A DNA stretch of 37,949 nucleotides. Origin: a virus. Taxonomy: Duplodnaviria; Caudoviricetes. A model generated the notes under the pieces. It made no database searches, was not told where the DNA came from, and worked only from the letters and a program-made list of their open reading frames with translations. Both the position numbers and the translations under genes were made by a program. The DNA lies in the IMG/VR virus record IMGVR_UViG_3300044698_000081, positions 1-37,949 of that record; one strand, 5' to 3'. Below are positions 27,237 to 35,840 of the stretch, one piece after another (position 1 is the stretch's first letter; every line of letters starts with the position of its first letter).

Positions 27237-27700
27237 GGTTCGACCCCGTACTGAGCCAACAACGCCGGACTGGTAATCTGCCTGCCAGCCGTCACAGTGT
27301 CTACAGCGGCTACCAGAGCCGCCCTACGCCGTTTCACCGCCTGCTCCTTACGCCACGCCCTATCAGCACAACTTTTCGAACATGTTGACCGTGGCCGCCC
27401 ACCCGTATACCGGTTGAACAGTCGGGAACACTCAGGGCATTCACGGGGCACCGAACGGTCCTTGGCAATACGGCCTTGTTTGCGGTCCTCAGCGGTCGTC
27501 CCAGCGACTATCCCGTACACTTTGACCCCGGACATGGCCCACACCAAACACTCGTCGTAAACAGGGCACACACCGACACACAGGCGGGTCGCTGCGTCGC
27601 GGCGGCGGGTCTGTTCGATTGGTCCCATGTCCCGGTCGATGAACCACAGGTCAGACCCGAAACAGGGGGTGTGTTCCCCCTTGAACGAATCATCGGGCAT
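27233..27700 (-). CDS. whiB: WhiB-family transcription factor with extra C-terminal Cys4 domain
   Basis: C...WF...LCVGVCPVYDECL...YGIVAGTTAEDR, then CPEC...CSKSC. Confidence 0.8.
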   Translation of the reverse strand: MPDDSFKGEHTPCFGSDLWFIDRDMGPIEQTRRRDAATRLCVGVCPVYDECLVWAMSGVKVYGIVAGTTAEDRKQGRIAKDRSVPRECPECSRLFNRYTGGRPRSTCSKSCADRAWRKEQAVKRRRAALVAAVDTVTAGRQITSPALLAQYGVEP

Positions 27701-28485
27701 TACAACGACTCCAGAGATAGGACGCCCTGAGCGAGCCGTTGAACAGCTACCTCGCAATAACGCTCCTCGACCTCAATGCCGATGGCCTTGTGACCCATTT
27801 TGCGAGCAGCGACGAGGGAAGACCCGACACCCATGAACGGGTCGAGCACCGTCAAATAGTCGCCTTTCACCACACGTAGAAGTTCGGTCAGTAGCCCGAC
27901 CGGTTTCTGAGTGACGTGTTCCCTTTCGTTCGTGTTTACGGTCGGTTCAGCGATAAGGGAGGACGGGTACTCTCCGTCCGGGCCTTTGTGGGCCCCGTTG
28001 GTGCCCCATGCCACATATTCCAGGTGGTTACGGAACCGGCCTTGCATCGGACGTCCGACGCCCTTATCCCATACGCACAAACCCCGCCATGTCCACCCGC
28101 CCAATTGGAGTGCGTCGGTAGCCGCTGGAAGCTGCCGCCAATCCGAAAACACAAAGGCGGACCCCGCCGGTTTGGTGGCTCGAAGTGCAGCCCATGACCA
28201 GGCAGCAACCCACAGTCCAAAGGAGCGTTGGTCCCTGCTGTCACCTCCGAAAGAACCGTATTCTGCGGTCGGCGGCCGTCTCGATCCGTCAGCATTCTGT
28301 GACCACCCCCGATATTTCACCGCAGCGTCCACCGACCTGTCGGAGCGGAACATCCCACCCGACGAATACGGCGGGTCTGTGAGCACAACGTCGACGGATG
28401 CCTCGGGAAGGACCCGCAAAACGTCGCACGCTTCGCCGTGGTAGATGGTGATTCCGTCCTCGTCGTAATACGGTTTAGCGGCCAT
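27700..28485 (-). CDS. DNA N6-adenine/N4-cytosine methyltransferase (beta class)
   Basis: TDPPY, HVTQKP, VLDPFMGVGSS order. Confidence 0.93.
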   Translation of the reverse strand: MAAKPYYDEDGITIYHGEACDVLRVLPEASVDVVLTDPPYSSGGMFRSDRSVDAAVKYRGWSQNADGSRRPPTAEYGSFGGDSRDQRSFGLWVAAWSWAALRATKPAGSAFVFSDWRQLPAATDALQLGGWTWRGLCVWDKGVGRPMQGRFRNHLEYVAWGTNGAHKGPDGEYPSSLIAEPTVNTNEREHVTQKPVGLLTELLRVVKGDYLTVLDPFMGVGSSLVAARKMGHKAIGIEVEERYCEVAVQRLAQGVLSLESL

Positions 28486-28756
28486 CGACAGCTCCCAGGT
28501 ACGCTTCGAACAGGACCCTCGTTTCGAACTTGCGGTCACCGACCATGTCACCGTCATACGTCCGATGGTGATGTTTACAAAGCATGACCGTGTTGTCGAT
28601 CGTGTTTGCTGACGGTCGGCCCCCCATACCCTTACCAGCCAAATGGGCCAGCTCAAGAGGGTTCCATGAGGTCAGTTCGTACTCGCAGCCGGGCCACCGG
28701 CAACGACCTTCGTCGAGTTCGATGCGTTCAGCCCTCAACACAGACTCGACACTCAT
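28475..28756 (-). CDS. HNH endonuclease
   Basis: CRWPGC, LELAH, GMGG, NTVMLCKHHH. Confidence 0.8.
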   Translation of the reverse strand: MSVESVLRAERIELDEGRCRWPGCEYELTSWNPLELAHLAGKGMGGRPSANTIDNTVMLCKHHHRTYDGDMVGDRKFETRVLFEAYLGAVDGR

Positions 28757-28889
28757 GGTTGAACGTCCATCGTTCCACAGCACGGGCACTCGGGATCGAC
28801 CTCTTCGCTATCGACGTAAAACCCATGCGAGCACACCGCGCAATCGGACTCGTCGCAGTCATTGCACCAAAAGAACTCTGACCCGACAC

Positions 28890-29165
28890 TCATGCTTTCA
28901 CACCCACAGCAACCCACCGACAACCGACATGGGCATTGAACTCGCAGTAGGCTTCTAGGCCGACTCGTGCGCCAGCGGTCGTGTCACCGTCCAGCCAAGT
29001 CAGGTCAAGGAACGAGCACAGCCATCGCCATTCGAGGGCAGGGTTACGTACACCGTCCACCATGTGCGGGTAGAACGTGCCGTCGACTATTAGGCCGTCT
29101 CCTCGTAGTCGTCGTAGAGCGTCCCGCTCGATCCGCCGGCTCACCTCGATGTGAGACTCACTCAT
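28890..29165 (-). CDS. Hypothetical protein
   Basis: GGAGGAGG RBS, ATGA overlap. Confidence 0.55.
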   Translation of the reverse strand: MSESHIEVSRRIERDALRRLRGDGLIVDGTFYPHMVDGVRNPALEWRWLCSFLDLTWLDGDTTAGARVGLEAYCEFNAHVGCRWVAVGVKA

Positions 29166-30005
29166 ACTTCCTCCTCCTGCCAATGACCGCAATCGGTGCA
29201 GAGGGGGAACAGGTGTGACTGGCCGGTTCCTTCTTCGAGGTCGTGCCATGTCTGGCCGGGAGCCTTTGAAGGTGCCGCCCAACGACAGTCCACCAGACCC
29301 CTAGTTTCGCATCGGGCTTCGAGGTCGTGGATGCGCTGACCGGCTGCGGGGTAGAACATGTCGATCAGATGGATTTCGTCAGGGTTCGCTAGCGCCCCGC
29401 ACAGGCATTCCCCCGAACGGTGCAGATGGTCAGACACCTCATTACGGGCTAGTCCCTGTTCCTCGACATAGGTGTTGAGGTCGTCGCGTGTCCAGTGGAG
29501 AATCGGTTGAATCCACAACTGAGCGCCTTCACGCCGAACCTCAACAGAAATGGTGGAACCCATCCTCCGAACAGACTCGGCCAGACGAATTCCCGTCACC
29601 AACCCGATGCGGTCCTTCGGGTGCTGCTTGTAGTCCTGAACCAGTCGACGCACCTGACGTTTGTTTCAGCCAGTAATACATGGCGTTGTGCGACTTCGGC
29701 CCCGAGGGAAACCCTTTGTCCAACACCAGCTCGTCGTAAGTTTTGGCGTCAGGCGTGTAAACGTGCAACGGCCAACCCTGGCGCCGTGCGGTCTGCTCGA
29801 CGAACAGGCGTGTCTCCCTGATACCGATGCCGGTGTCGATGTGAACCGCTCCAGAGAAGGACGGGTGCCCGCTTGCGACATGAGTAGAGCAGAGCGAGTC
29901 GTGACCGCCCGAGAACAGACCGAACACATGGCTCGGATTGTGTCGGGCGAGGGCTTCTTCAATAACCCAGCTCGCCCTCATCAGCAACTCTGACGCGACA
30001 CTCAT
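29162..30005 (-). pseudogene. PAPS-reductase-family gene split by one extra base at 29660-29662
   Basis: FSGGHDS and HIDTG in frame 1; GIRLAESVRR, PILHW, SGECLCG in frame 2. Confidence 0.8.
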
Positions 30006-30214
30006 GCTGGCTCGTCGATTAGGGCTTTGCACTTGTCAACAAACAAGTCATACACAGCCACCAACACCAAATCGGCGCCGTAGAGGTTGATGAGTCCATC
30101 CCGCAATTCTGACTCGACATGCACCAAATCGGCGTCCAACTGATTCACGGCTTCATTGAGGGTTCGACGGAACTCGTGTAACTCGCGCATCCGCAACGCT
30201 GTCTCATCATTCAT
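30002..30214 (-). CDS. Hypothetical protein
   Basis: GAGGAG RBS, coupled overlaps. Confidence 0.5.
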   Translation of the reverse strand: MNDETALRMRELHEFRRTLNEAVNQLDADLVHVESELRDGLINLYGADLVLVAVYDLFVDKCKALIDEPA

Positions 30215-30651
30215 GCTGTGGTCTCCTCGTTTTTGTCGAGTTGGGCGGGCAAAAAGTACGAATCGCCGCTCCAAAGATGCAGGCCCAACCCGACCCGCAT
30301 CCAACACCGCTTATAAGCGTCAGACGAAGCGTCCTTGGCGTTACGGCCGTCGTTGTTCATAGCCGGGTTCTCAACGTCACCAACCTCCATCACTTGGATG
30401 TCGTGGCCGTCGACCGTGACCGACAGGCGGGCTAAACAGCCCACCACCGCGTTGTCTCGGGCTTCCGACTGTCCAACCTTCGCGGCTACCCCACGAATCA
30501 GTTGGACCACCTCAAACGAATGGGGACCGACCACCGACAAGGCACGCTCGGTGACAGTTGAGTGTTTGACGTAGTCGCCGTACTTGCCCTGCGGTGCTTT
30601 CGATACCAGCGACGCACCAAACGGTTGCGCCAGCTCACGAAGTTGTGTCAT
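30211..30651 (-). CDS. Rad52/Sak-like single-strand annealing protein
   Basis: LAQPF, YVKHSTVTERA, AKDASSDAYKRCWMRVGLGLHLW. Confidence 0.85.
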   Translation of the reverse strand: MTQLRELAQPFGASLVSKAPQGKYGDYVKHSTVTERALSVVGPHSFEVVQLIRGVAAKVGQSEARDNAVVGCLARLSVTVDGHDIQVMEVGDVENPAMNNDGRNAKDASSDAYKRCWMRVGLGLHLWSGDSYFLPAQLDKNEETTA

Positions 30652-30833
30652 CGGATGGCCTTCCGGAACCCGTTCAACACGAGCCCCTCAGCAACCAGGA
30701 ACACGGCAACACCACCCCACCGGCCGAACGACACCCACACACTCATTGCAGCAGCAGCACCGTAGCCGGTGACGAAAGACACCACCAAAACGAACGCCAG
30801 CGAATACCTAGGCTCTAGAAACAGCCTTCTCAC
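30648..30833 (-). CDS. Small membrane protein (LEPRYSL motif)
   Basis: RRLFLEPRYSLAFVLVV..., two hydrophobic segments. Confidence 0.55.
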   Translation of the reverse strand: MRRLFLEPRYSLAFVLVVSFVTGYGAAAAMSVWVSFGRWGGVAVFLVAEGLVLNGFRKAIR

Positions 30834-30985
30834 GACGGATCGCCTTCCTTCCGATGGCCTTGTAGCCATACCTCAACCTCGTGGCCTAGGTCATGTTCAT
30901 GTTAGGAATGTCATCATGTCCACGGCACCTTTGAACCCCGCAGCCCACGCACCGCACTTGCAACGCATACGCCATACGGTGTCTG

Positions 30986-31480
30986 TCACGACGGTTCCTC
31001 CAAGGCGACAACCACCATCGGTTTCTTAACCCACGTTTCGCCCACGTGGGGACCGTCAACGTCACCGTCGTCGCTGATTTCATGCTTCGCGATGCGCATC
31101 GTCAGGTCACGGTCGTCGAACACCTTCTGCAACCGTTGCCAACCAAACGTGACCTTCACGGCCTGTTGCTCGATCAGTTCGTTGAAGGCTTCGAGGAACG
31201 TCCACCCGGTGGCGCCCATCAGCGAATAAGCGATAGCCCCCAGCGAATACGACCGGGTCGCGGTGCGGCCACCCGATTTGATGGCGTACTCGGACCCGGT
31301 CACAGGCTGGTCTTGTTCGGCCAACAACAGGCGACGAAACTGTGCGAGGGTTCGTTCGACGTGTTGGACCCGACCGGCAACGTCGGCGATCTGGTCGTCG
31401 GGTATGGCGGTGCGGGTCAGCCGGTACGCAGCTGATTCCAACTCGGTTAGGTAGTCGAACGCTTCCAACTCGGGTTTCAT
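30986..31480 (-). CDS. Hypothetical protein
   Basis: GAGGAG RBS, ATGA overlap. Confidence 0.6.
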   Translation of the reverse strand: MKPELEAFDYLTELESAAYRLTRTAIPDDQIADVAGRVQHVERTLAQFRRLLLAEQDQPVTGSEYAIKSGGRTATRSYSLGAIAYSLMGATGWTFLEAFNELIEQQAVKVTFGWQRLQKVFDDRDLTMRIAKHEISDDGDVDGPHVGETWVKKPMVVVALEEPS

Positions 31481-31884
31481 CGTGCGAGCTCCTCACGTCC
31501 GGCGTCGGTTATCCAATACACAAGGAACCGGCGAGCTGTACCAGCCGACAACCGCACCAGCCGACGGCCCGACGAGTCTCGGCGGGTCTCCACCAACCCC
31601 ACCTCTTCGAGCTCACGCAAACGGGTAGCGACCTTGTTGACCTTCGACGCCCACACACGGGCTTCGTCGATGGTCATGTGCTGCTGGTACGGGTAGACGA
31701 GACGTTCCACATGACGGGTGGTGGCTCCGTCTCCCATCGCGGCGTCGACTGCTTGCAGGCAGGCACGGTAAGCGACACTCAGGGTTGGTGCGGCCCGGTT
31801 GGCCGCGTCAAGTTCGGACAGTGCCGGATCATGCTGATGGTGCGGTGCAGGTTGCAGGCCGAACATGGCGTGCTGCCCGTTCAT
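31477..31884 (-). CDS. Winged-helix DNA-binding protein
   Basis: [16 protein letters not shown]...VYWITDAGR. Confidence 0.65.
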   Translation of the reverse strand: MNGQHAMFGLQPAPHHQHDPALSELDAANRAAPTLSVAYRACLQAVDAAMGDGATTRHVERLVYPYQQHMTIDEARVWASKVNKVATRLRELEEVGLVETRRDSSGRRLVRLSAGTARRFLVYWITDAGREELAR

Positions 31885-32597
31885 TGCTTTACCCCCTTGG
31901 GAACGTTGACCGCCCTAGTCAGGTTCGCCCCGGTCAGGTTCGCCCCGGTCAGGTTCGCCCCGTACAGGTTCGCCCCGGTCAGGTTCGCCCCGTACAGGTT
32001 CGCCCCGTACAGGTTCGCCCCGTACAGGTTCGCCCCGTACAGGTTCGCCCCGGTCAGGTTCGCCCCGGACAGGTACGCCCCGGTCAGGTTCGCCCCGGAC
32101 AGGTACGCCCCGGACAGGTTCGCCCCGGACAGGTTCGCCCCGTACAGGTTCGCCCCGTACAGGTCCGCCCCGTACAGGTACGCCCCGGACAGGTCCGCCC
32201 TGAACAGGTACGCCCCGGAACCGGCTTGTCGGAGGGCTGCAAGCAGATCAACCGGGGCGACCGTGAACGCCTTCTTGACTTTCACCTTCCCGTCTTCGGT
32301 TTCTCCCGCGTCGGCAGGCCGGTAGGCGACTATCAGGCAGTGATGGTATGATCCGTCACCCGACTGAGCACCTTGGAGCGTGGTGGCAACATGCACCCCG
32401 CCTGCCTCACAAGCGGTAGGGTTCCACTTCCCCGTCTTGCCGGTCCAGTTACCAGGGTAGGGCCACTGGTAGCCGCCGTACGTTTGCCAGGTTGGGGTTG
32501 TGAACTTGATCGCCGGGGTTAGTCCTTCGGGAATGGGCGGCATCATCCCGGCGGTTTCGATGACTTCGAGAACCGTCTTGTAGGCCGTCGTTGTCAT
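31881..32597 (-). CDS. Pentapeptide repeat protein
   Basis: About 20 GA[NYD]L[YST] units at the C-terminus. Confidence 0.9.
   Translation of the reverse strand: MTTTAYKTVLEVIETAGMMPPIPEGLTPAIKFTTPTWQTYGGYQWPYPGNWTGKTGKWNPTACEAGGVHVATTLQGAQSGDGSYHHCLIVAYRPADAGETEDGKVKVKKAFTVAPVDLLAALRQAGSGAYLFRADLSGAYLYGADLYGANLYGANLSGANLSGAYLSGANLTGAYLSGANLTGANLYGANLYGANLYGANLYGANLTGANLYGANLTGANLTGANLTRAVNVPKGVKQ
31918..32217. repeat. 15-bp tandem repeat (about 20 copies) encoding pentapeptides
   Basis: caggt[tac]cgccccg(ta/gt/ga) repeated head to tail. Confidence 0.95.
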
Positions 32598-32875
32598 GAT
32601 GCGTCTTTGATGATGTTGGCTTGGGTGATAAGCCGGGCCGCTTCAGCCTGCAACTCGGCTTCGGCTCGTAGTTCGTCGGTGGGTAGGGTGCAGGGGCCGT
32701 TCCAACTGTCGGAGCATTCGTCGTGACCGAACCGGCACGGCAAATCAAACGCCAGGTCATGGTGACCGTTGTCGTCGGGTGGGCTAACGGACAGGCTCAT
32801 ACCCCCACCTTGAAAAAGTTCCATCGTTTCGCTCCCTTCGAGCAGGTCGATTAGCTGGTACAGTCGGTTGACCAT
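32594..32875 (-). CDS. Hypothetical protein
   Basis: Operon ORF; start uncertain. Confidence 0.45.
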   Translation of the reverse strand: MVNRLYQLIDLLEGSETMELFQGGGMSLSVSPPDDNGHHDLAFDLPCRFGHDECSDSWNGPCTLPTDELRAEAELQAEAARLITQANIIKDAS

Positions 32876-33231
32876 TGCCCGGTGACCGTGTCGGGCTCTA
32901 CCGAACGGTCACCGGACAAAGCGCACGGGCGGCACACCAAACGGTTGAACCGGTCACGCCGATACACACCATTCATGTACAGGCCACAAGTAGGGCACTC
33001 GTCCGGACCGGACAGGGGTTCCGGTCCGGACAGAGTGTGAACCGGGCGGCTAGACGCCAGGAGGGCTTGCCCGGTTTCGGTGGCAGCAACAAGGGAGGAA
33101 TCGTCACTGCCAACGGTTGTTTGGTTGAGGATCGTTACGACAAGATCGGATGCGGCAGCCAGGGCTGCTGTCAGGAGTAGGCCTACACCGCTGACAGCGA
33201 GGATGACGAACAGGGTGTCACCGAGGGTCAT
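32851..33231 (-). CDS. Membrane-anchored zinc-finger protein
   Basis: N-terminal TM; CPTC...CRPC. Confidence 0.55.
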   Translation of the reverse strand: MTLGDTLFVILAVSGVGLLLTAALAAASDLVVTILNQTTVGSDDSSLVAATETGQALLASSRPVHTLSGPEPLSGPDECPTCGLYMNGVYRRDRFNRLVCRPCALSGDRSVEPDTVTGQWSTDCTS

Positions 33232-33671
33232 GTCAGCCCCATTCGCTTAGCCCGCTCCATGCCTTTACGGTCACCGAACGCCTGACGGACAGCCTGCAGG
33301 TCGTAGCCCTTCACGTCGAGTCGGCCACCCTTGTTCTCGTGCACGGGTGCTCTAACGAACCAGACCTGAGGGCGACCATTAGCTGGTGGGGCGTTCCAAT
33401 GGTTCCATGGGAGCCTTGTCTCTGCCCGCTCGTACATGTCTGACGTGTCCCCGTTGTCCCATAAAGTCTCGGTCATGTAGTAAGCGGTTACCGGTTCTGG
33501 AACCTCGTCGTACAAGTAGAACCATTCGACTCGGCCCTCATCCCACTCCTCCTCGGCGGCATGTGCGACCCGAGCGGCTTCGGCGAGTTTCTTGGTGGGG
33601 AAAAGTGCCTTGACCGAATAGTCGGAATACGAACCCTGCGAAACAGCCCACACTTTGACGGGGTCTCCCAT
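33228..33671 (-). CDS. Hypothetical protein
   Basis: VWAVSQGSYSDY..KALFPTKKLAE; TGATG overlap. Confidence 0.6.
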   Translation of the reverse strand: MGDPVKVWAVSQGSYSDYSVKALFPTKKLAEAARVAHAAEEEWDEGRVEWFYLYDEVPEPVTAYYMTETLWDNGDTSDMYERAETRLPWNHWNAPPANGRPQVWFVRAPVHENKGGRLDVKGYDLQAVRQAFGDRKGMERAKRMGLT

Positions 33672-33880
33672 CAGACGGCCACCGTTTCGTCTAGGTCGTT
33701 GAACCAGCGGTACACGCTCATGTGTGACACGTCGACCCCGGTCATGTCGGCCAGGGTGGCGGCGATGGTTTCGTATGAGTCGCCGTTGTCGCGGCTGTCA
33801 CGCAACACGATTTCTAGGGTGGTCGCGTGGTTGTTTTGGAGGAGTTTGTCTGTGATGCGTTGGAGTGTGGTCGACCTCAT
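33671..33880 (-). CDS. Cro-like HTH protein
   Basis: SYETIAATLA...VSHMSVYRW; divergent from repressor. Confidence 0.75.
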   Translation of the reverse strand: MRSTTLQRITDKLLQNNHATTLEIVLRDSRDNGDSYETIAATLADMTGVDVSHMSVYRWFNDLDETVAV

Positions 33881-33888
33881 ATTGAACG

Positions 33889-33917
33889 ATTGTTACATAT
33901 CCTGAGAGTGCTGTCAA
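33889..33917 (-). promoter_or_regulatory. Early lytic promoter
   Basis: TTGACA-17nt-AACAAT (with TG extension), 8 nt before cro ATG. Confidence 0.6.
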
Positions 33918-33973
33918 GTATCTGACGGAATCACCACCCTATGCGCTCACTCATACCGTTTGAGTAATGTAGC

Positions 33974-34000
33974 TTGCAGGTGCATAACAATTGGTATATT
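33974..34000 (+). promoter_or_regulatory. Repressor promoter (probably leaderless mRNA)
   Basis: TGg-TATATT extended -10, 8 nt before ATG 34009. Confidence 0.55.
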
Positions 34001-34008
34001 GTGGGGGA

Positions 34009-34362
34009 ATGACGACATCACAGCGCAACCACAGGCCACACCAATCCATCGGAGTAGCCCGCAAATACCGGGGCCTCACCCAAGACCAATTCGCCCGGCA
34101 ACTCACCGCGGCAACCGGCGACGAATGGACCCGCGGGATGGTCGCCCACCTCGAAAGTGGACGCAAAGTCTTCTCCTCCGACCTGCTACTGGTGGTCGCC
34201 CGCATCCAAGACATGCCCTGGGAGTTCTACCTGTACGGGCCAGGTGGTACAGTTCCCGGATCTACACGGTCCAATTCACCTAATCCGGGGTATATCAATC
34301 GGCGGCCCACTCCGACCCGCCCCACGGGCCGCACCGATTCCCGCCGCCCCCAGGCCGCCTAA
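34009..34362 (+). CDS. Immunity repressor (XRE/Cro-CI HTH) with low-complexity tail ending -QAA
   Basis: ARKYRGLTQDQFA...VAHLESG; divergent from cro, upstream of integrase. Confidence 0.85.
   Translation: MTTSQRNHRPHQSIGVARKYRGLTQDQFARQLTAATGDEWTRGMVAHLESGRKVFSSDLLLVVARIQDMPWEFYLYGPGGTVPGSTRSNSPNPGYINRRPTPTRPTGRTDSRRPQAA
34273..34300. other. Candidate attP core, dif-like 11-6-11 site within repressor ORF
   Basis: AATTCACCTAA-TCCGGG-GTATATCAATC. Confidence 0.5.
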
Positions 34363-34376
34363 AGTTCCCCCACAAA

Positions 34377-35222
34377 ATGTCGAAAACCCCGACACGCCGA
34401 TCAGCGAACGGGGCCATCATGCAATACAGGGAATACCTGACAGCATGCGGACTATCCGACCGGACCATCAACACGTACGTCTTCCAGGTCGGCCGGGCAA
34501 TACGATGGTTCGAGCTACAAGGGTGGGACCTCGTCACTGCTACCGCCGTCGAAGTGTCAACGTTCGTTCGGACCACCACCAACTCGGCGTCTAACCGGCG
34601 TCAGCTCCGCACGGCACTAACCCGATATTGGGAACTGGCCGGCCGAGACGACCCGCCCGTCAAGTCAGTTCGGGTCCCCCCCAAACCGCGCGGTCACTGC
34701 CGGGCGGTCACCGAAACCCAGGCTCGTGACCTTGTCAAGGTGTCGCTCGGGTGGTGGCCCAACGGGATGGCGGTGCTGTTGGGCATGTATTTGGCGTTGC
34801 GTCGTGAGGAGATAGCATCCGCCCGGTGGGACCGGTTCGACCGGCCGTTCGAGTGGTACACGGTGCAGGGCAAACGAGACGTAACCGCGACGCTACCGGT
34901 GCACCCGATGCTCCGGGACGAGCTAGCCGAACGGGCAACCGCGTACCCGTACCTGTTCGCAGGGTCCCGCAAACGGGCCCATGTGACACCGGCCACCGTG
35001 TGGGGTTGGGTTCGGGACGTAGGCGAGACTGTCGGTATCGTCGATTTGCAATGCCACCAGTTGCGACACACCGCCATCGCGACAGCCAACGACAACACCC
35101 ACGACATGCGGGCCACCCAAGAGTTCGCCCGTCATGCCCGCCCCGAGACGACCGCCATATACACTCGGGTCACCAGCCAACGCCTCACAGACCTGGTCGC
35201 TGGTCTCGACTACTTGCATTAG
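34377..35222 (+). CDS. int: Tyrosine recombinase/integrase, XerC/D-sized (no arm-binding domain)
   Basis: Catalytic LRREE, GK, HQLRH, ARH, TAIY; 281 aa. Confidence 0.92.
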   Translation: MSKTPTRRSANGAIMQYREYLTACGLSDRTINTYVFQVGRAIRWFELQGWDLVTATAVEVSTFVRTTTNSASNRRQLRTALTRYWELAGRDDPPVKSVRVPPKPRGHCRAVTETQARDLVKVSLGWWPNGMAVLLGMYLALRREEIASARWDRFDRPFEWYTVQGKRDVTATLPVHPMLRDELAERATAYPYLFAGSRKRAHVTPATVWGWVRDVGETVGIVDLQCHQLRHTAIATANDNTHDMRATQEFARHARPETTAIYTRVTSQRLTDLVAGLDYLH

Positions 35223-35242
35223 ACACATAAGGAAGGGAACAA

Positions 35243-35539
35243 GTGAACACGAAACTAACCGCCATCACTCTGATATTCATCGCCGCTTGTGGCAGCCCAA
35301 TCAGCCAAGCGGCCAACTGTACCGAACTCACCAACGTCGTCACGAACATGGACCGGGACACCATCGACGTAGACCTGGTGTTCATCGAGCTCGGAAATCG
35401 GGCAGACGAACTATTCGGGCAGGCGTTAGCGTCAGGTGCTGACAGCGAAGCCATGCTGTGCGCGGCGATACGCGACGAGGTTCGAGGTGCCGCGCTGCGC
35501 AACACGTTCGAGGAAATAGGCAAGGCGCTGAACCCATAA
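35243..35539 (+). CDS. Lipoprotein (possible superinfection exclusion)
   Basis: Signal peptide with lipobox IAA-C; AAGGAAGG RBS. Confidence 0.7.
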   Translation: MNTKLTAITLIFIAACGSPISQAANCTELTNVVTNMDRDTIDVDLVFIELGNRADELFGQALASGADSEAMLCAAIRDEVRGAALRNTFEEIGKALNP

Positions 35540-35582
35540 ACAAAACACCCCCAGCTCCCCTGTGAAGGGAACTGGGAGTGTT
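35538..35582 (-). terminator. Intrinsic terminator between convergent operons
   Basis: Minus-strand stem AACACUCCCAGUUCCC/GGGAGCUGGGGGUGUU followed by UUGUUU. Confidence 0.75.
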
Positions 35583-35597
35583 GCAATACCTTCGCGA

Positions 35598-35840
35598 TCA
35601 GTCGAACTCGTGGCCCGACCAGTAGAAGTCGTCAGGTATGAGACGGGCCCCACCGACCGGTTCAATCCACCTGAGCGAACACACCCGGCACCGGTACAGG
35701 CCGCCAACCGTTACGACCGTGAGGGTGACAGGGTGAATACCTTCGACGAAAACAAAGTCGGCGGTGTCTGACGGGCAGCGGGGGCATTGGGCGGCGGCCA
35801 AGTATTGGACCATGCGGCCCCCAATGTCATAGTGACTCAA
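35598..35840 (-). CDS. Small zinc-ribbon protein
   Basis: CPRC...CRVC. Confidence 0.55.
   Translation of the reverse strand: MSHYDIGGRMVQYLAAAQCPRCPSDTADFVFVEGIHPVTLTVVTVGGLYRCRVCSLRWIEPVGGARLIPDDFYWSGHEFD

Noticed and set aside
31918-32217. Repeat array as a CRISPR, or the plus-strand ORFs 31342..32325 and 31785..32351 as genes
   Set aside because: Contiguous 15-bp units with no spacers; the plus-strand ORFs are shadows of the pentapeptide gene
200-33000. Numerous long plus-strand ORFs (e.g. 18652..19668, 11199..11969, 14470..15327)
   Set aside because: Antisense shadows of well-supported minus-strand genes in GC-rich DNA; no recognisable motifs
35211-35238. Second recombinase core site at the end of int (TACTTGCATTA-GACACA-TAAGGAAGGGA)
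   Set aside because: Weak symmetry, explained by the int stop codon plus the lipoprotein RBS
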